64,000 nt of DNA from Amoebidium appalachense (GCA_963693365.1 CAVNZM010000011.1:1488001-1552000), one strand, 5' to 3'. Shown: positions 47,809 to 61,386, counted from the stretch's first letter. Notes: generated by a model from the letters alone, not told the origin. Translations and numbers: made by a program.

Positions 47809-50297
47809 TTTTCACACACACGCACACACACACAGACACGCTCTTCCATAATTCTCCCCCCCCCCCCCCCCCCCCCCCCCCTCCCCTTTCACACACACGC
47901 ACACGCACACAGACACGCTCTTCCTTAATTCTCCTTTACTGTTGGCCCTTCCCCACTGCATGCCACTCCTTCACTACGCAGTAGATCTATCTCTGTATTT
48001 CCCCTTTCTTCCCCTCCCCTTCCTTCCCTCCCTTTCCCCCTCTCTTGCCCCCTCTCCCTCCTCTCTCCCGTGCTCACTGACCCCCCCCCCGCCCCCTCTC
48101 ACAGCCCCATCACTCTCCCTTTCGTTCTCCCTCCACCCCCTGATGCTCTCTCTCCCCCTTTTCCTCTCCCTCTCCCGCTCCCGCACCCGCTCCCTCTCCC
48201 TCTCCCTCTCTCTTTTCCTCTGCCCCTCCTGTTGCTGGGCTCATGTTCGTATCAACTTCCTTGTGTGTTCTTGTATAGCAAAGATGTTTTCCTCGGCGTC
48301 AGCCACCAAAACCCTTACAACAACCCTCCCCCCTCCCCCCTCCCCCCCCCCCCCCCCCCCCCATCTTTTTCCCCTCCCTATCAGACACGAGGGTTTGCAG
48401 CCTTGGTACGCCCTAGGCATAAAGGGGGGGAAAAGGGGGCGTTTTGGGGGAGGGGGGAGAGGGAGTGGAGAAGGGATGTGGATTGGACTGGGGGGGGGGG
48501 GGGGGGGGGGGGGAGACAGCGACTAGGTCACATGGGTGGCGAAAGACTGGAGAAGGGTCATGTTTTCTACATGCAAATGGGGGCTGTTTTCTGGTTTTCA
48601 AATAGAAGGAAACGGGCCTCTATATCCCCCCCCCCTTTCTCCCCCTCCCCCCCCCTTCCCCCCCCCCCCCTCCCCCCCCCCCCCCCAAAAAAAAAAGCCT
48701 TCCCGGCCCTTTGAGTGCATATCTGCCCTTCCCTCCGTGCCCTCCTTTCCTATCTTCCAATGTATAGGATACTTCCATTTCTCACTCGCTTCCACCTCCC
48801 CTCCATTCTTATCTGAGGTTTTTAGGCCCCCTTTTTTCTTTTGCCCCACATGCCTTCCTTTGCGCTTCTCTTCTACCCCGTCCCTCGACAAATCCTTTCA
48901 CCACGTCCTCCCCTCTCTTCAGCTCACACACCCACATTGTGGCACACACACTTAAACTTTATGCTCTTTGCATCCTCCCCCTTCCCCCCTCCCCCCCTCC
49001 CCCCCCCCCCCCCTCCCCTCCCCCTCCACAGTCGGGACGCCGGCCTTTCTACGTTTATGGATCACCTTGGGCCCGCCCCAGTCCTCTGGAATGGATTCCT
49101 GAGCCTGTTTGGTCAGACGGGTACATCACCCTACACACTCGAGGACATGGCTGCTGGTGAATTTTCCTTTGGACCCCCCCCCCCCACACACACAGACACA
49201 GAGAGAGTGATACACACAACACAAATTGAAAATATTGATTTTTCTGCAGGGTGAGTGCGTGGGTGTGGAGGGGCGGGGGGGAGGGGGGGTGGGGGGTGGG
49301 GGGAGGAGGCAAAAGGCTTGCCTAAGGATATGGCAAAACGGATGTATCTTATGTGGCATTGGATTTTGGTGACACATGAACCACTGCATTATGAGCCTAT
49401 TTGCGTACAGTGGTCGGTAGGCTGACTTCCATATATGGCAACCACTAACGCTGCGATGCACTTGTTTCTAGCCCTGTCTGCACATCCATGCATACACGTG
49501 CTAGTTTCTGATTGCTGATTGGATAAGTCGGCCCACAGAGAGGCAAAGCACCAATAGGGACCAAGTTGAACAAGAAACCAAGTCTTTCACACTGCCAAAC
49601 CACCCAATCAATACTGATAACTCCACCCACCAGTGAATTATAGTCTGGTATTAATCCCGGATATGTGCAGATTCGATGGCACTGCTAGACCGGCTATACA
49701 TAGGACAAGCACATGTAGTGGGTGCCAGCATGGGGGGCATGATAGCCCAGCTGTGTGCCATCCACTATCCAGATAGGGTCCTCTCCATCACATCAATCAT
49801 GTCAACTACCGTACGTGCATCCCCCCCCCCCCCCCCCCCCCCCCCTCCCCCCCCTTCGCCCTGCCCCCCCCGGGGGTGCCATACAAGCACAGACACAGGT
49901 ACACATAACCACTCACACTGCTGGATTGCACCCTTGGGCCCGAAGGGTTGTACGACAGCGTATCTTTTCATGGTTTAAATGTGTCTTCTTTCTTCTGTTC
50001 GTGTATTTTTTCTTCTTTGGGGGGGGGGGGGGGGGGGGAGGGGGGGGAGGGGGGGAAGGAGCATGGAAGAGCTGGGGGGGGGGGGTGGGGGGGGTGATTT
50101 GTGTGTGTGTACGGAGCCCGCAGGGACGTGCCTGTGTGCGTGGCTGTGTGTGTGTGGGGGGTTTGCCTTGCCCTTACAGGTACGTGTTTCTGTGTAAGGT
50201 ATGGGTGAGTGCATGTTTGTGTGTTCGGGGTGGTTGGGTGGATGTATGTTGGGATGAAGTATAGAGTGGGAGGAGGGGGGGAGCGGGGGGAGGGTGT

Positions 50298-50328
<31 letters not shown>

Positions 50329-50562
50329 GGAGGGGGGGGGGGGAGAGGGAAGGAACTTGTCAAGCATGCCTATTCCGGCTTTGCACTCAGTCCAAATACC
50401 TGAGGTCACACCCGCTATTGATCGCACAAACCCCCTTTGCCAACATCACAGAATCTCTGGTGTGGCATTAGGTTCTGGCGCAGAGGCCCCTTTGAAAGAC
50501 GTATCCATTACGTCGGTTTTTGTTTCTCTTTGTTTCTCTTTATTGTGGTGGTGGTGGTGATG

Positions 50563-50614
<52 letters not shown>

Positions 50615-52710
50615 ATGTTGTTGTTGCGCGAAGGGGAGGGGGAGGGGGAGGGGGGGAAGAGGCGGGGAGGGGGGAGGGGGGGGCAAAGCACGAATGCCTG
50701 CAGCTCAATAGTGCTGAATCTCAGATCAATCTATTGCAAACCCCCAAACGAGAGGGGGAGGGGACTGGACATCATGGGGCGCTAGTATAGATGCATAATT
50801 CAAACGAGAAGGGCTGTTTTTTTGTGTGGGGGGGAGGAGAGGGGCGGGGGGTGGGGGGGGTTGGATGCCACATTTTCCTGACCAGCAATTTCTTTCCAGG
50901 GTGATCCGTGGCTGCCAGGTCCCAGCCTTGGTGTCAAGCTGAAGGTGATCTCTGCCCGGCCAGACGACTATGAGGGGTTGGTGCAGGGCATGCTCGACAG
51001 ATATAGAGTCATGTGCGTCAACACCCATCCCCCCTCCTCCCCCCCTAAATACACACACACACACACGACGGACAGTCTGTCACACGTGCACGCACACACA
51101 CGCCCGCTTACATGTCAGTACCTAGACATACATACACACAAACGCACACAGACTTAGCATATATGCATGCATGTTTATGTTAGTGCACCCTCAATCACAC
51201 ACACACAAGCACATGCACTGAAATGCGCACATGAACACAGACCCTCAACCCCTGTTCCCCTGAAAATCCCTTCTCCCCGCCCTCAGCACCCGCTCCTCCC
51301 CTCGTCCCTCCCTCCCTCTGACCCTCGCCCTCGGTGAATAGGAACACAAACAAGAAAAATCGACCACACGAAGAAAGAAAAATGCAAAACATCATAAATC
51401 TTGTCCAGCGTTATTTGTCATTAGGTGGACACACAGTCACGGCAAGTTTTATGTTGGCTGGAAGTGTGTGGTGTTCTATTGCCCCTTTGATGGTGTGCAT
51501 GCGTTGTTAGACAAGCCCACTACACTCTGGGAGAATGATAAGGTTTCTGTGTGTGCAACATCCTATGACCGAGGCTACGCTCAAAAGAGAAAACGAGCAA
51601 ACAATTAGAACGAGTGGAGGAAACCAAGAATGTGGTGTGGGTGTGTCCATGTGATCGTGTGATGAGGGCAGAAAGCCCCCCCCCCCCCCCCCCCCCCCCC
51701 CTCCCCTCCCTTCCTTTTTTGTTCCACACACGAATGGTGGCGAGTTGCCCCAAATGGGTGGGCGAGTAGCTCTGAGTGGGTGTGAGTGTGTGTGTGTGTA
51801 GGAGATTAGGGGGGGGGGGGGGGGGAGAGACCAATAAAATAGGACACTGTCATAACACACACATGCCGGACCCCCGGAGTCAATATTTATTGGCAGAGAG
51901 AGAGCCATTAATCGACCAGGAAACTACTCCGCACCTTACAGCAGTACCCAATAGGAAGACTAATCTCATTGGCTCCATATCAGGCATACCCCCGAGATCT
52001 TCGACCAATACAAAGACGTGACTGAAAGGATCGTACGTGAGCACTTCAAACGGTCCATCAAGAGTGACCAGGGGAGACAGTTGGGTGCAATCTTGGCCGC
52101 AAAAGATAGGACCCCCCAGCTGCAAAAAGCGAAGGTACGTTGGGTAGAATAGTGGATGCACCCATGCATGTTTCCTTGCATGCATATGTTGGGTAGAATA
52201 GTGGATGCACCCATGCATGTCTCCTTGCATGCATATGTTGGGTAGAATAGTGGATGCACCCATGCATGTTTCCTTGCATGCATATGTTGGGTAGAATAGT
52301 GGATGCACCCATGCATGTTTCCTTGCATGCATGTGTGTTGGGTCGCAGTTGCAACAGTCCCCGCCCCCCTCGCTTCCTAGAAGCCCCGTCTCCTGAGTTC
52401 CCATCTATATTTTTCTTGCTTCTGCTTACTGCTGCAACTTTAACCCCCGGCCTTTCCCACTGCCCTTGCCTGCATAAGCAACCCTGCTCGTCTCTGATCA
52501 AGACGGGTGACCTACCCATGTTCAAGTGAAACAGTATCTGAGTTGGGTTTCGTTAACGAGGGGAATAGGTCGAAACTCGGGTACTGTGGATGACGTGGGC
52601 CCCCCCTGAGGATGGGCTCTGCTTATTATGCATACTCTTTATGTATGGCTTGCATTCTGCATCGTGTTATCCGTTTGTTCTTGTGTACTTCGTACTTTTT
52701 GACGCATTCA

Positions 52711-52757
<47 letters not shown>

Positions 52758-53050
52758 TCCCCCCCCCCCCCTGCTCCCCCCTCTCTCCTCCCCCTTTCTC
52801 CCCGGATACCTGGTGGCTACGTCCCCATGCTTCTTGGGTGACAATGCTTTGAGTAATGCTGCTTGGTATCATGTGCGTCTGCATCTCGTTTTCTGTGCAT
52901 CATCGTGCTCCGAATGTGCCGCCTCTTCTCAACCTTGGCCCCGTAATGGGTATTGTTTCTGCCATAATCCAAACTCTCTCTTTGAGCTACACAACTTCAT
53001 CATGTTGTCCTTCGTGAATGTGTCCTTCGTTCTGTGTGTAAACACTCTAC

Positions 53051-53101
<51 letters not shown>

Positions 53102-53207
53102 ACACAACTTTCCCCTATCCTTGCTGCACGGCCCCCTTTCCTCCTTGGGTTCATGTGGTTGTTTAGGTTCACACACTTTTAGTCCTCCTCCTTGGCTCCA
53201 CATTCAA

Positions 53208-53243
<36 letters not shown>

Positions 53244-53491
53244 CCCACCCGCCCGCCCGCCCTTGGCTCCGCATTCAATCCTGTCCACCCAGCCAACCCC
53301 CTTTCTCCCCCCCCCCCCCCCCCCCCCCCCTTCCCCTCCCCCCAACACACACACACATATACACACCCTTCTCCACTTTGAAAAGCATTCATGGGATATT
53401 TATGTGCGTACATTCGCTCGCAGGCATAGACAGACACACACACACACAAGCATACTCGCACACACACGCGCGCGCACACGCGGGCACACAC

Positions 53492-53568
<77 letters not shown>

Positions 53569-54009
53569 GCAAGGCTCTGGTCATCCACGGGAGCTTGGAT
53601 CCTCTAGTCCTACCCGCATGCGGCATTGCCACCCACAAAGCCATCCCTGGGTCCGAATTGCTCTTGGTGAGTGTGTCTGCCTGTGTGTAGGCCTGTGTGC
53701 GTGCATGCATGCGTGAGCGCGCGCTTATGCGCTTGCGCCTGCCGTCAGGTTGCCTGTATTGCGCCAGTGTGTGTGTGTGTTGTGCGCACGTGTGCCTGTG
53801 TCTGTTTGAAAGGGTCGGATCATGTGCGTGACTGTGTCACTGTGCCTATTTGTGCCGTGCATTCATTGGAGCATATGTGCCGGACAAATGTGTATCCTTC
53901 ACATGCGCTTATATCCATTTTTGGCATTTGGCTGCTACAGGGTGTAGCATATACATACACTTGAAGGAGGTACGGGCAGGTACCTGTGAATCACTCTCAC
54001 ACCTTCAAT

Positions 54010-54047
<38 letters not shown>

Positions 54048-54567
54048 GATCTTCTGCTTACTGCTGCAACTTTAACCCCCGGCCTTTCCCACTGCCCTTG
54101 CCTGCATAAGCAACCCTGCTCGTCTCTGATCAAGACGGGTGACCTACTCATGTTCAAGTGAAACAGTATCTGAGTTGGGTTTCGTTAACGAGGGGAATAG
54201 GTCGAAACTCGGGTACTGTGGATGACGTGGGCCCCCCCTGAGGATGGGCTCTGCTTATTATGCATACTCTTTATGTATGGCTTGCATTCTGCATCGTGTT
54301 ATCCGTTTGTTCTTGTGTACTTCGTACTTTTTGACGCATTCAAAACCCCCCTCGATCTTCTCTCCCTCCTCTCACCTCCTCCTGCCCCCGGATCCAGTTG
54401 TATAACTTGTGTAGGGGTTTGGGGGTCACATATACATGACTGGGTTATTTTTCAACCACCCTGTTTTACTGACCCTTCTGACCAATCAGATTGAGCGCAT
54501 GGGCCATGGGCTGCCCGAGCATGCCTGGCCCGAGATGGTGGATGCCATAGCCGCCATGAAGGACTAG
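47591..54567 (+). CDS. Alpha/beta-fold hydrolase (bacterial LipG/RdmC-like esterase), 294 aa; exons 47591-47769, 49032-49156, 49671-49810, 50900-51012, 51984-52134, 53568-53666, 54490-54567
   Basis: All six introns are GT-AG and in phase. Motifs: [45 protein letters not shown], nucleophile elbow [13 protein letters not shown], acid [10 protein letters not shown] and His MGHGLP. Confidence 0.93.
52139..52334. repeat. 49-bp minisatellite x4 at the 5' end of hydrolase intron 5
   Basis: The unit gttgggtagaatagtggatgcacccatgcatgtYtccttgcatgcatat is repeated four times immediately after the GT donor. Confidence 0.95.
52372..52712 (+). mobile_element. Dispersed repeat family A, copy 2
   Basis: ~340 bp, near-identical to 41457-41795. 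C-rich 5' flank; 3' end gcattcaaa followed by C(n). Confidence 0.85.
52801..53051 (+). mobile_element. Divergent poly(C)-abutting element directly downstream of copy 2
   Basis: The 3' end ...tcatgttgtccttcgtgaatgtgtccttcgttctgtgtgtaaacactctact plus C(n) matches the shared terminal motif. The 5' boundary is a guess. Confidence 0.55.
54051..54345 (+). mobile_element. Dispersed repeat family A, copy 3, 5'-truncated, with 16-bp target-site duplication
   Basis: CCCCCCTCGATCTTCT occurs at 54040-54055 and 54346-54361. The copy lacks the first ~45 bp present in copies 1 and 2 and has CTTCT microhomology at the 5' junction. Confidence 0.9.
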
Positions 54568-56331
54568 CCAATCAGATGGGGCCATTGTGGTCCATGTGCA
54601 TACCTGAAGAGTAGTTTGACAATCAAGTGCCACCACTGAGGATACCAGTTAACAAGTGCAAAGTGTAGCATGTTGCAAGCTTTTACACCACTAGAATGTA
54701 AGCTGTAAGGCACATGACGTGCAGTTAGAAAGAGAACTATCCTTTTTTTGTAAGCAGACGGAATTAAGGTGGCCCAAAATTTCAGAGAAGAGGACAATGT
54801 AGTGATACTGTTAGTTTGCCGATGTATATATTTGTTAAAAGTTGATATATATTAGGTCTGAACTAGAGGTCATGATAGAAAGTAGAATTCATGCAAGCCT
54901 GGTGGCACGGTCACAGGCCATAGTTTAAAATGGCTTGTTGAGGCAGGCAAAATCTGTTATATTGAAGTATCATTTGAATGTAACTAGAGGAAACGATGAG
55001 CAAGTACATATGATTTATACGTATGTACTTGGGATCACTGGGGTTTGGGTCGGGGAAGAATACATCCAAGCTATATCGGTGAAGCAGCCATGGGTATGCT
55101 AGCACTCATGTTCGTGTACGGTTGTACGTGATTGTATTGGACACACAGATGCATTCAAATTTGTATGCCTTGCAGCATCAACGGCCGGCCCGTGTCAAGT
55201 TAATTACGAAGCACTTTTGTTCCCTGAAAGCTCTCTCCGCTCCCTAGAGGTCATTTTTTTACCCCCTCTGCAGAGTGTTTTTGTGCGTGCCCCCCCCACA
55301 CCACCAATACAAGTCAACCCAGCACCTTTTTTGTACACATGCACACATTTGGAAGTGGCCCGTCACTGGTGGTGGTGGTGGTGTGTGTGTGTGTGTGTGT
55401 GGGTGGGTGGGTGGGGGGAGGGGGGGGGGGGGGGGGGGGGGGGGGAATACAACAATACAACATGGCACGGTAGTTAATGTGTTTGCATTATCATTTTTCA
55501 AGTTCACGGCACGGCCGGTAAACAGTGTCAACGGGTCATGCAAACCAACGGAGTTGAAACAGGCATGTCCAATAGAAAAAGCTGATACATCCTGAAAGTA
55601 CTCTGATACATCCCCATGTGTGCGTGTGTGTGTGTGTGGTGTGGGTATCCTTGGGTGTAAAACTATATAGGGTGCTAGAAAGGAGGAAGCTGGCCAGACA
55701 TTTAACTACCATAATCGCCTAGCTTTCAGTATGTATTCACACCACAATCCTTCACTTCAATCATGTACAGTCGATACTACCACCACAATATTCTAAAAAA
55801 AGGCAAGTGTCCATACATATATGGCAGTTGCTTGTGCCCAGGTCACGGGTCACATGGAGCAAGCAACCCCACTGGCTTCAGTCATTCTAGCACTTGGGAG
55901 GTCCACATCTGAACAAAACGAACCCGGTTATTTACTTGCCCAGGCCCCTTGGTTTTAACAGCTTTTCCAGGGGAGGAGGGTGGGGTGGGGGGGTTCAGGT
56001 AAATCAGAGGACAACAAACCACAAGAGCTGCTCGGAGCATGGGGGTGCAACCAACCACACCAGCAACCAGTGAAGGGCAGATCACATAGTCAACTCACAA
56101 GACGCAAAAAAAATGAAAAGTAGCCCACCAGTGCTGTACGAAGATAATTCATCTCAAAAAAAAAGAACATAGACATAGACATGGACACACACACACACAC
56201 ACACACACAACAACAACAAAAAAAACAACCTAGAAGACGTAAATAACATGCAACATCCGGTACACACGCACATTCCAAAGACAAAAACACAAAAACGCAA
56301 GTTCGGAGGCTTTTTACGTGTGAACGAGAAT

Positions 56332-56365
<34 letters not shown>

Positions 56366-56397
56366 ACGCGCGCATGTCTAATGTGTTTTATAAGTCC

Positions 56398-56432
<35 letters not shown>

Positions 56433-56854
56433 TGCATAGACGTATGTACGGTATAGACAAGTAAGAAGGCGTGCACACTTCATGTGGGTAGCAGGGGCCC
56501 CAGACCCAAACACACACACATGCTAAAAGGCACGCACCCACCTGCACACACGTGTTCCTGACCGGTATGTGGTATGCATGACTGCAGGCCAATAAGAAAG
56601 AACCTGAACCAAAGGCACACACAACCACACGTATCCGTGAATGCACACGCGCAAGAAATTTGCTAGAGTGTGGAAAATCGGATGTAGAAATAGTTGGGGA
56701 AAGACCAGGACAACAGTAAAAAAACGGGGATATACACACATAGTCAACTGCCGTGTGTCTACTAACACAGACTTGAAGCCAAAAAACCACTCTAAAAAAA
56801 AAAGAAATCGATTAAAGACAACAAAATGAACACCCACCGATGCTCTGGTGACAT

Positions 56855-57121
56855 CTACCACGTGAAGAGAACCTCGCCCCATTGCCTGAAAACGAAGATG
56901 CTGCCAAGGAAGATTGCAGTGTTGCGCAGCAGCTCCCTGTTCGTGTGTGTGTGTGTGTGTGTGGGTGGGTGCGTGCGCGCGCGCACGTGTGTGTGTGTGT
57001 ATGGTTGCGTGCGTGATTGCATGTGTGTGGGTGCGTGATTGTGTGTACGTGCATGCGTCTGTATGTACTGACGTTTCAGTGTTACCGTTGGTGTGTTCTT
57101 ATGCGCAATCACGTGTCCGTG

Positions 57122-57179
<58 letters not shown>

Positions 57180-58136
57180 GGGTTAGCAGGCACATCACTG
57201 CTGGACACTATTGTGAAACACGTGCTTAGAACCACTTAGTTCTCCGCTCACGCCGTGCTGCAACTGTGCCTACGTGTTCAAATGTGCCAAGTGATGCACG
57301 AGTGGCAGGACCATGCTACGTGGGTGTGTGCAACTCTGCGTACATTTTGCAAGTGGTGTCTCTAGTGGATAAAAAAAAAAAAGGGGGGGGTATTCGGGCA
57401 GGATTGAAAGGGGAAGGAGCCAAAAAAAAAAAAGGGGGGGGGGGGGGGGACACAAAGTTTGCCGCCAGCGGTTGTCAGGTTTGTGTACTTACTTACTTAT
57501 GGTTGTGGCTGTGCTAGTGTGTAATACAGGTGTTTGTGTGTATGTGTGTGAATGTGTGTGTGTGGGGGTTGTTGGTGGCAAACTGTCGCTGTGCGAGGAA
57601 AATGGGAAACGAAAAGAACGAAAATGTATTAATAACAAGACTGAAGACTCTTTGCCTAAAAACAAACACGAGACAAGCGTCAACACAAGACAGTGTGTCC
57701 CGGAAGAGGGTGTAGAGGGGTGGGGGTTGGGGGGAGGGGGAGAGGATGGTGGCAGACAAGAGATAGAATATAACGTAAGAAGTAAGAAAAAAACGGACCC
57801 CTCATGAAACAGGTAAAGCCGGGTGACGAACTATGTGCGAGCACAAAACACAGAAAGAAACAGCAACCCGACAGAAAGCAAAGGGACACACAGAGTGAAA
57901 AACGCCAACAGGCAATATGTGCTACACGCCCTTCCTGTTGCAAACCCTAAACCTTAAACCACTACGCCGGGGCGAGCCTTAACCTCAGTCAAAATGACAA
58001 CCACAGCACACAGTCATACAAACACACACACGCGCGCGCACACTACACACGGACACCAGCAGGCATACACGTACATTGACTTATCCTTGGGTGCCTCCTG
58101 CTGGCCACCGAGCGCCTGGAAGGGAATCTGATCCAT
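56855..58136 (-). CDS. Small tail-anchored mitochondrial outer-membrane translocase subunit, Tom6/Tom5-like (47 aa); exons 58136-58075 and 56936-56855
   Basis: MDQIPFQALGGQQEAPKDKSM|ELLRNTAIFLGSIFVFRQWGEVLFTW*, joined by a phase-2 GTACGT...AG intron. The TM segment resembles the LLR...F.G..F.R..G.L pattern of small Tom subunits (by eye). Confidence 0.6.
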
Positions 58137-58912
58137 GTTTGCTTGTAAGTTGAAAAATCAACCGACACTTTGTACTTTCTTTGCCTTTGCTGGAGGTGTG
58201 TCCTGCGGAACATGTGACAGCAGATTCGCATGAGCCAGGCGTGCGCGTGGCCGCGGTTGACTTAAAAGCTGGTACGATTTATAGAAAGTTATTATAGCTT
58301 GTCCGGGGGATTTAGATTGTTTAAATGGTATAGATTTTTAAGAGGCCTTGAAGTACGCAATATCCGATAGTGCGTCTTGTGCCACATCACAGCTCCTACT
58401 CCAAGGCGCGCAAGGAAATCAACATGAAATACAACTCGGAGCACGGCGCGAAAACTTAACACGGCACCGTCAAATGGCCGATGCATGCACCAACAGACAA
58501 CAGATGCACCAACCCTAAGGCTTCTAATTTCTTCCTATCAGCTACACATTATGCAGTACAAAACACAACCCGCCTCTGCACGCAACACGCAGCTTATGCA
58601 CACACATGCACATAACGCATCACTGCACAGACGTTAGAACATTCACCTCAGCTCCCAAGTGAAACTGCACACATGTGGCAGTGCGTAGACACCAAGGGCT
58701 TCAGAGTAAACTTGAAGGACCAAATGCGTAAGCCGCCACTGGCATGGCAGACATCAAGGACACTTACAAATCTAAGCATCTGGCGTGACACATGGCACAC
58801 AGAACAAATCAGTAGACTCAGAGTCACAGTGCCATACTTGTCATAGTAGCTATCACGTTACGCGTACGTTGGTGCATGCCCGTATGCACATACACTCAAT
58901 GCCAACCCCCCC

Positions 58913-58964
<52 letters not shown>

Positions 58965-59963
58965 ACACACACACCCCTCCTTTTTCAGTGTTTTGAAAGC
59001 TTCTTCGTTCTCCACTGATGCAACTCTTCTTTTACCTTCATCCCCACAAGGATGCTGCAACACATTAAATCTTAGGGGCTCACAATTCTATAAATGGTTA
59101 TTGCGAACTACCCACATTTCAACCAACTGCAGAGACATAACATTCCAAACCACCAACACAAACACCCCCATCACTGTCAAAACACTATGAACCATATACA
59201 CACCAACATGTGTGAACAGAGTTTTAGAAAACATATTCTAACCGTTGTCCCCCCCCATATAGCTACGTCCTATAAATGTTGTTGGTATAATGTATTGTAG
59301 TTAACATACTGCACTGCATCTAGACACAACATGGAATGGATGTGTCTTGACTTCCGAAAGTTCGAAACACAAACCTTCACCATTTCAGCGGCTTTCCTGA
59401 TGGAATTTCCGCGGTGCAGAATACACCAATCACAGGACAACAAGGTTAAACCTACGGCTTTTATGATTGGTTTAAACGGTACCACCAAGCCATTCTACCT
59501 ACACCAAACATTTCAGAGTCCCCCTATATATTCGAAAACAGAACTTCTCAGAAACTTGAAAAGTGCATACGTTTGTGGTATCTGTGCATATCTCCTAAAG
59601 CTCATTTTTTACTGCTATATTATATGCGTTGCTAGTTAGATATATACAACTATCAATATACCTAATTAATGGTCTGTGGACACTGGACAGTGGACTTCTT
59701 GTTTTGTTTTTTTGCGATATGACCACCCCCTAGCAGTGGAGGGAGACACGTCGGACAGCCACAGCTGACCAAGCTTGCAAACTTCACAGAGTGGTCACAC
59801 AGTACGTTATCGGTTGTATGCAGAAGCACAGATGTGCACAGGCACACAGGCACATGCACACTAGCACATACACGCACCCACACCAACACGTCCATACGTA
59901 AGCACACAAGCCCGCACACAATAACACACGCACTATGCTCAGATCGTCTGGGATACTGGCAAG

Positions 59964-60524
59964 CTAGCCTCGAGCTGGAACATCCGCACCAGCGTGGAAC
60001 CGTGGTGCAAGGCTCGGCTGCGCTGCTCTCAGGCTCCAGAAACGGCCACGTTTGTAAACATGGGTACTGTTATCACCTTTTTGCCCTTTACTTTCTCGCT
60101 CTTCATCCCTTACTGTACTTGCTGCTAAAGAACCGTCTTTGCCACTCCCCGTTAGTGTAACCTGTTTGGAAAACGGCTGTAGGGAACAGATGAGCACGTA
60201 AAGGCCTGGGGGGCATTGTGGTATGAACAAGGTTCTGTGTGACAAGCTGACAGAAAGGAGAGAGGGAAGGGCAGAGTGGGAGGTGGGGGAGGGGTAGGGG
60301 GAGGGAGTTTAAGGGAAATGCTAAGAGGGCATTAGGAAATGTTAGCAGAATCAGCTAGGCAACGCTTAATTCTTACACTGCCTTGCAACTGTCTGTCGTT
60401 CAGGTGGAGAAAGGGCTACACAATAAAATGCACTATAGGATTCGCGAACACACATAAAGCCCATGGGCAACTACATGCAAGCACGCGCCCGCGCCCGCGT
60501 GCGCACACACACATACACACACGT

Positions 60525-60602
<78 letters not shown>

Positions 60603-61280
60603 GCACACGCGCACGGGTGCCCACGCTCGGACATGCACACATACACGCACATGCACACGCAAATACACACACACACACACCGTGACACACACACTCGGAT
60701 GCCCAGGCACAACCACACACACACGAACCCACACACACACACATGAACACAGACAGATGCCTGAAAAAGATTCCACCAGCACATATGAAAGCAAGCATAC
60801 CCACACAGAGGCACGCCCACGTAGTGTAAGGTGGAATTCGTGCATATTCCACGGATCCAAATTGGATAAAGATTGCTCCCTCAGGCAACTCCACCTAGCA
60901 CACCATCAAGGCAACTCCAACTAGCACACCATCTGGACACTACGTAGCCTATACATCTGTTTGTATTTGTGCACATACGTGCTTGGTATGACCCTTCTTT
61001 TTCTGAATACCCCCCCCCCCCCCCCCCCCCCCCCCACCACCACCACCACCACCACACACACACACACACACACATACACACACACTCACCCACAAAACAT
61101 GCACACACGCAACACCCCCACCCCCACTCTCCCCCCCCTGCTTGCCTGGTGCTGAAAACATGCAACAAGCAGATTCGTCACCCGGCCCGGGGGCCTCTGC
61201 CGTGCCGATGATGCCAGAAAACATAACACCAAAGTCGGCTAAAATACGACCTAGAATACACCTGGAGGTTATGAAGAAAT

Positions 61281-61372
<92 letters not shown>

Positions 61373-61386
61373 ATGTTTGGGGCCTT

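Noticed and set aside
52139-52334. CRISPR array
   Set aside because: Contiguous tandem units without unique spacers, in a eukaryotic intron with no cas genes.
52490-52621. Hammerhead ribozyme in family A (CTGATCA, GAAAC..GTA, CTGAGGA)
   Set aside because: No CUGANGA box is correctly placed relative to stems I and II, and the divergent copy has CTGAGTA. No valid type I, II or III topology could be built.
57943-57961. Interstitial telomeric array
   Set aside because: Only ~2.5 imperfect units, too short to call.
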